From IMG/VR virus record IMGVR_UViG_3300050581_000228: a DNA stretch of 15,121 nucleotides; one strand, given 5' to 3'. Under the pieces are notes generated by a model. It saw nothing but the letters and a program-made list of their open reading frames with translations, made no database searches and was not told the origin of the DNA. Each line of letters opens with the position of its first letter. Position 1 is the first letter of the stretch. Origin of the DNA: a virus (lineage: Duplodnaviria > Heunggongvirae > Uroviricota > Caudoviricetes). Of the stretch, positions 13,410-15,121 are shown piece after piece. The position numbers were made by a program, and so were the translations under genes.

Positions 13410-14213
13410 TCATGCTCCAAGGGCGAAGTGAGACAACCACTCCTCGTTAGCCAAGGCACGGTTGCCGGAGATGCCGCCTCGCGTGCGGCTCTTGCTATCA
13501 GCCAAGCGGACAGCTTCCCTGCTCAGCGGCTTGGCTTCCGATACCCAACAATCACGCTGGGAGGCGTAAGCGACCACATCGAAGTCGTCACCATAGCCTG
13601 TTGTGTTTGCGTAGGGCGGGTCAATGTAGAGCGCGCCCTTGCCCGGATCGAAGTCTCGGACATCGCAATGACAGGCATGTATGCCACGCATCCGCTCGTA
13701 GATCGCCACGACACGCTCGTAAAGCGTGTTGGGCATCGGCATCATGGGATTGACGACGGACTTGCGCTTGGCAATTCCATTGGGCTGCCAGAAATCCCGA
13801 AACGTTGTGTTCTGCCAGCGATCAGCCTTGATCCAGATGGCCTTGCCGCCGAACGCGCACGCCTGCAAGATCAGGTAGACATACGGCGTGTCCACATGGG
13901 CCGGCTGCTTGGAAAGCTGCTTGACGTAAGCCTGAATTAGCGGCCGGTCAGGAATCTCATTGAGCAGCTTGCGGAACCGATTCAGATTGAAGGTTCCCCT
14001 GCCGATCGCTTCCCAGAAGATGCCCCACGGCCCAGAGTCAACCATGTGGAGCAGCTTCGGATTGAACCCGCGATTCACCAGTTCGATGGAGACCGTGCCG
14101 CTGCCGCAGCACAAGTCATAGAACGGCTCATCGAATCGTGGCTGGATACGATCCAGGATGGCGGCTGCATATCGGTGCTTTGCGCCCTGGTAAGTCACAG
14201 GGGCGGTAATCAT
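13410..14213 (-). CDS. D12-class (Dam-like, alpha) DNA adenine methyltransferase (267 aa)
   Basis: YQGAK (motif X), FYDLCCGSGTV (motif I), YIDPPY (motif IV); ATGA overlap with dut. Confidence 0.88.
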   Translation of the reverse strand: MITAPVTYQGAKHRYAAAILDRIQPRFDEPFYDLCCGSGTVSIELVNRGFNPKLLHMVDSGPWGIFWEAIGRGTFNLNRFRKLLNEIPDRPLIQAYVKQLSKQPAHVDTPYVYLILQACAFGGKAIWIKADRWQNTTFRDFWQPNGIAKRKSVVNPMMPMPNTLYERVVAIYERMRGIHACHCDVRDFDPGKGALYIDPPYANTTGYGDDFDVVAYASQRDCWVSEAKPLSREAVRLADSKSRTRGGISGNRALANEEWLSHFALGA

Positions 14214-14623
14214 CGGCCGGTGCTGGAGAAGCCACCCTCCCCTCGTTTCGTGTCGGTCAGTTCCATGACCTCTTCGACCGGCCCTTGCTTGACCTCTTGG
14301 AGGACGAACTGCGCGACTCGATCACCGTGCCTTACGACGTAGACGTGATCGGTGGAGTTGAACAACATGACCCACCACTCGCCCCGGTAGTCCTCGTCGA
14401 TCACGCCGCCGAACACGGTCAGGCCCTTTCTGCCCATCCCGCTCCGGTCCCAGACCAGGGCAGCGTGACCCGGCGGTAACTCGGTGGCAATGCCGATGGG
14501 CACCATCGTCACCTTGCCCGGCGGGCATTCCGTCTCTTTGCAGGCATAGAGATCGTAGCCGGCCGAGTGAAACGACCGGGTAGGCAGCTTGGCGTCGGGA
14601 CTCAGTAGCTTGGCTTTAATCAT
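14210..14623 (-). CDS. dut: Trimeric dUTPase (137 aa from ATG 14623)
   Basis: All five motifs: AGYDL, DRSG, GVIDEDYRGE, GDRVAQ, RGEGGFSSTG; GGAGG upstream; ATGA overlap with the deaminase stop. Confidence 0.95.
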   Translation of the reverse strand: MIKAKLLSPDAKLPTRSFHSAGYDLYACKETECPPGKVTMVPIGIATELPPGHAALVWDRSGMGRKGLTVFGGVIDEDYRGEWWVMLFNSTDHVYVVRHGDRVAQFVLQEVKQGPVEEVMELTDTKRGEGGFSSTGR

Positions 14624-15102
14624 GGATACCAGACCTCCCCGTTGATAAGGGCGGTGCATTCGCCGATCGGCCCGTCGTATTGGAGCGTCTCGACGCCGGC
14701 CTCACGGAACATCTCGTTGCCGTAGGCGATGGTTTCTCGCCAGTGTTCCGGCGTGCGATCGAACATCTGCTTGTGTCCAATTACTCGGACGATGCCCGCC
14801 TGGATGATCGCGCGGGCGCAATCGGCGCAGGCATACCACGGGCAATAGAGCGTCGCGCCTTCCGTAACCTCGCCCTTGCGGGCCGCAGAGAAGATGACGT
14901 TCCGTTCCGCGTGCTCGATGAAGGCGTACTTCTTCGGCCGCTCCAGACGCGGAGCAACGCCGCTCGGGAAACTGTTGGCTGCACTGGCGATCGGTCGGCC
15001 TTCTCGGTTGACCAGGACCGCTCCATTCTTCGTGCTCGGATCGTCCGAGTAGAACTCCGCGACACGATAGGCTTTTTGCAGCATCTCTTGGGCGTACTTC
15101 AT
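14620..15102 (-). CDS. dCMP deaminase (cytidine/deoxycytidylate deaminase family; about 160 aa, start at ATG 15102 or GTG 15111)
   Basis: SDDPSTKNGAVLV, N.FPSG, EHAERN (HAE), CADCARAIIQAGI (CxxC) and MFREAGV. Confidence 0.92.
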   Translation of the reverse strand: MKYAQEMLQKAYRVAEFYSDDPSTKNGAVLVNREGRPIASAANSFPSGVAPRLERPKKYAFIEHAERNVIFSAARKGEVTEGATLYCPWYACADCARAIIQAGIVRVIGHKQMFDRTPEHWRETIAYGNEMFREAGVETLQYDGPIGECTALINGEVWYP

Positions 15103-15121
15103 ACTCCACACACTCCGCCAT

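Larger units (their letters stand above)
1..15121. mobile_element. Prophage / temperate phage arm: integration module plus early, nucleotide-metabolism and DNA-methylation genes; boundaries lie outside the window
   Basis: Integrase plus excisionase-like gene, dense co-oriented small ORFs with ATGA/GTGA overlaps, phage-type methyltransferases, dUTPase, dCMP deaminase and a tRNA; no host housekeeping operon. Confidence 0.85.

Noticed and set aside
7561-14213. Complete restriction-modification or BREX/DISARM-type defence system
   Set aside because: No endonuclease, helicase, ATPase or specificity subunit recognised; the context is phage early genes.
14702-15121. 139-aa minus-strand ORF starting at the window edge
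   Set aside because: Out of frame inside the dCMP deaminase, Arg/Pro-rich and motif-free.

Overview
The whole window reads as one arm of a GC-rich temperate phage/prophage (roughly 60% GC by eye). The integrase N-terminus resembles Planctomycetota elements; this host call is inference. A tyrosine integrase (1-1221, +) meets an HTH excisionase-like gene tail-to-tail. That gene ends a long, tightly packed minus-strand run of early/accessory genes: dCMP deaminase, dUTPase, four near-tandem DNA methyltransferases, many small phage hypotheticals, a DEDDh exonuclease, an NDP kinase, an atypical tRNA-Glu, and HEXXH, CAP and Cys-His-Asp proteins. A fifth, Dam-family methyltransferase sits on the opposite strand behind its own sigma70-like promoter and operator-like repeats. 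I recognised no restriction endonuclease, structural gene, CRISPR array or att site. Best leads: (1) two adjacent, unrelated methyltransferases end in the same ssrA-tag-like peptide HFALGA with synonymously diverged codons; (2) a 49-aa, 39% acidic ORF missing from the ORF track is a DNA-mimic candidate; (3) five orphan methyltransferases, one with DPPD in place of DPPY; (4) an NDK lacking about 10 residues of the Kpn loop; (5) a tRNA-Glu with C33 and an insertion; (6) a 358-nt dual-coding overlap. All family calls come from motif recognition by eye, not database searches.
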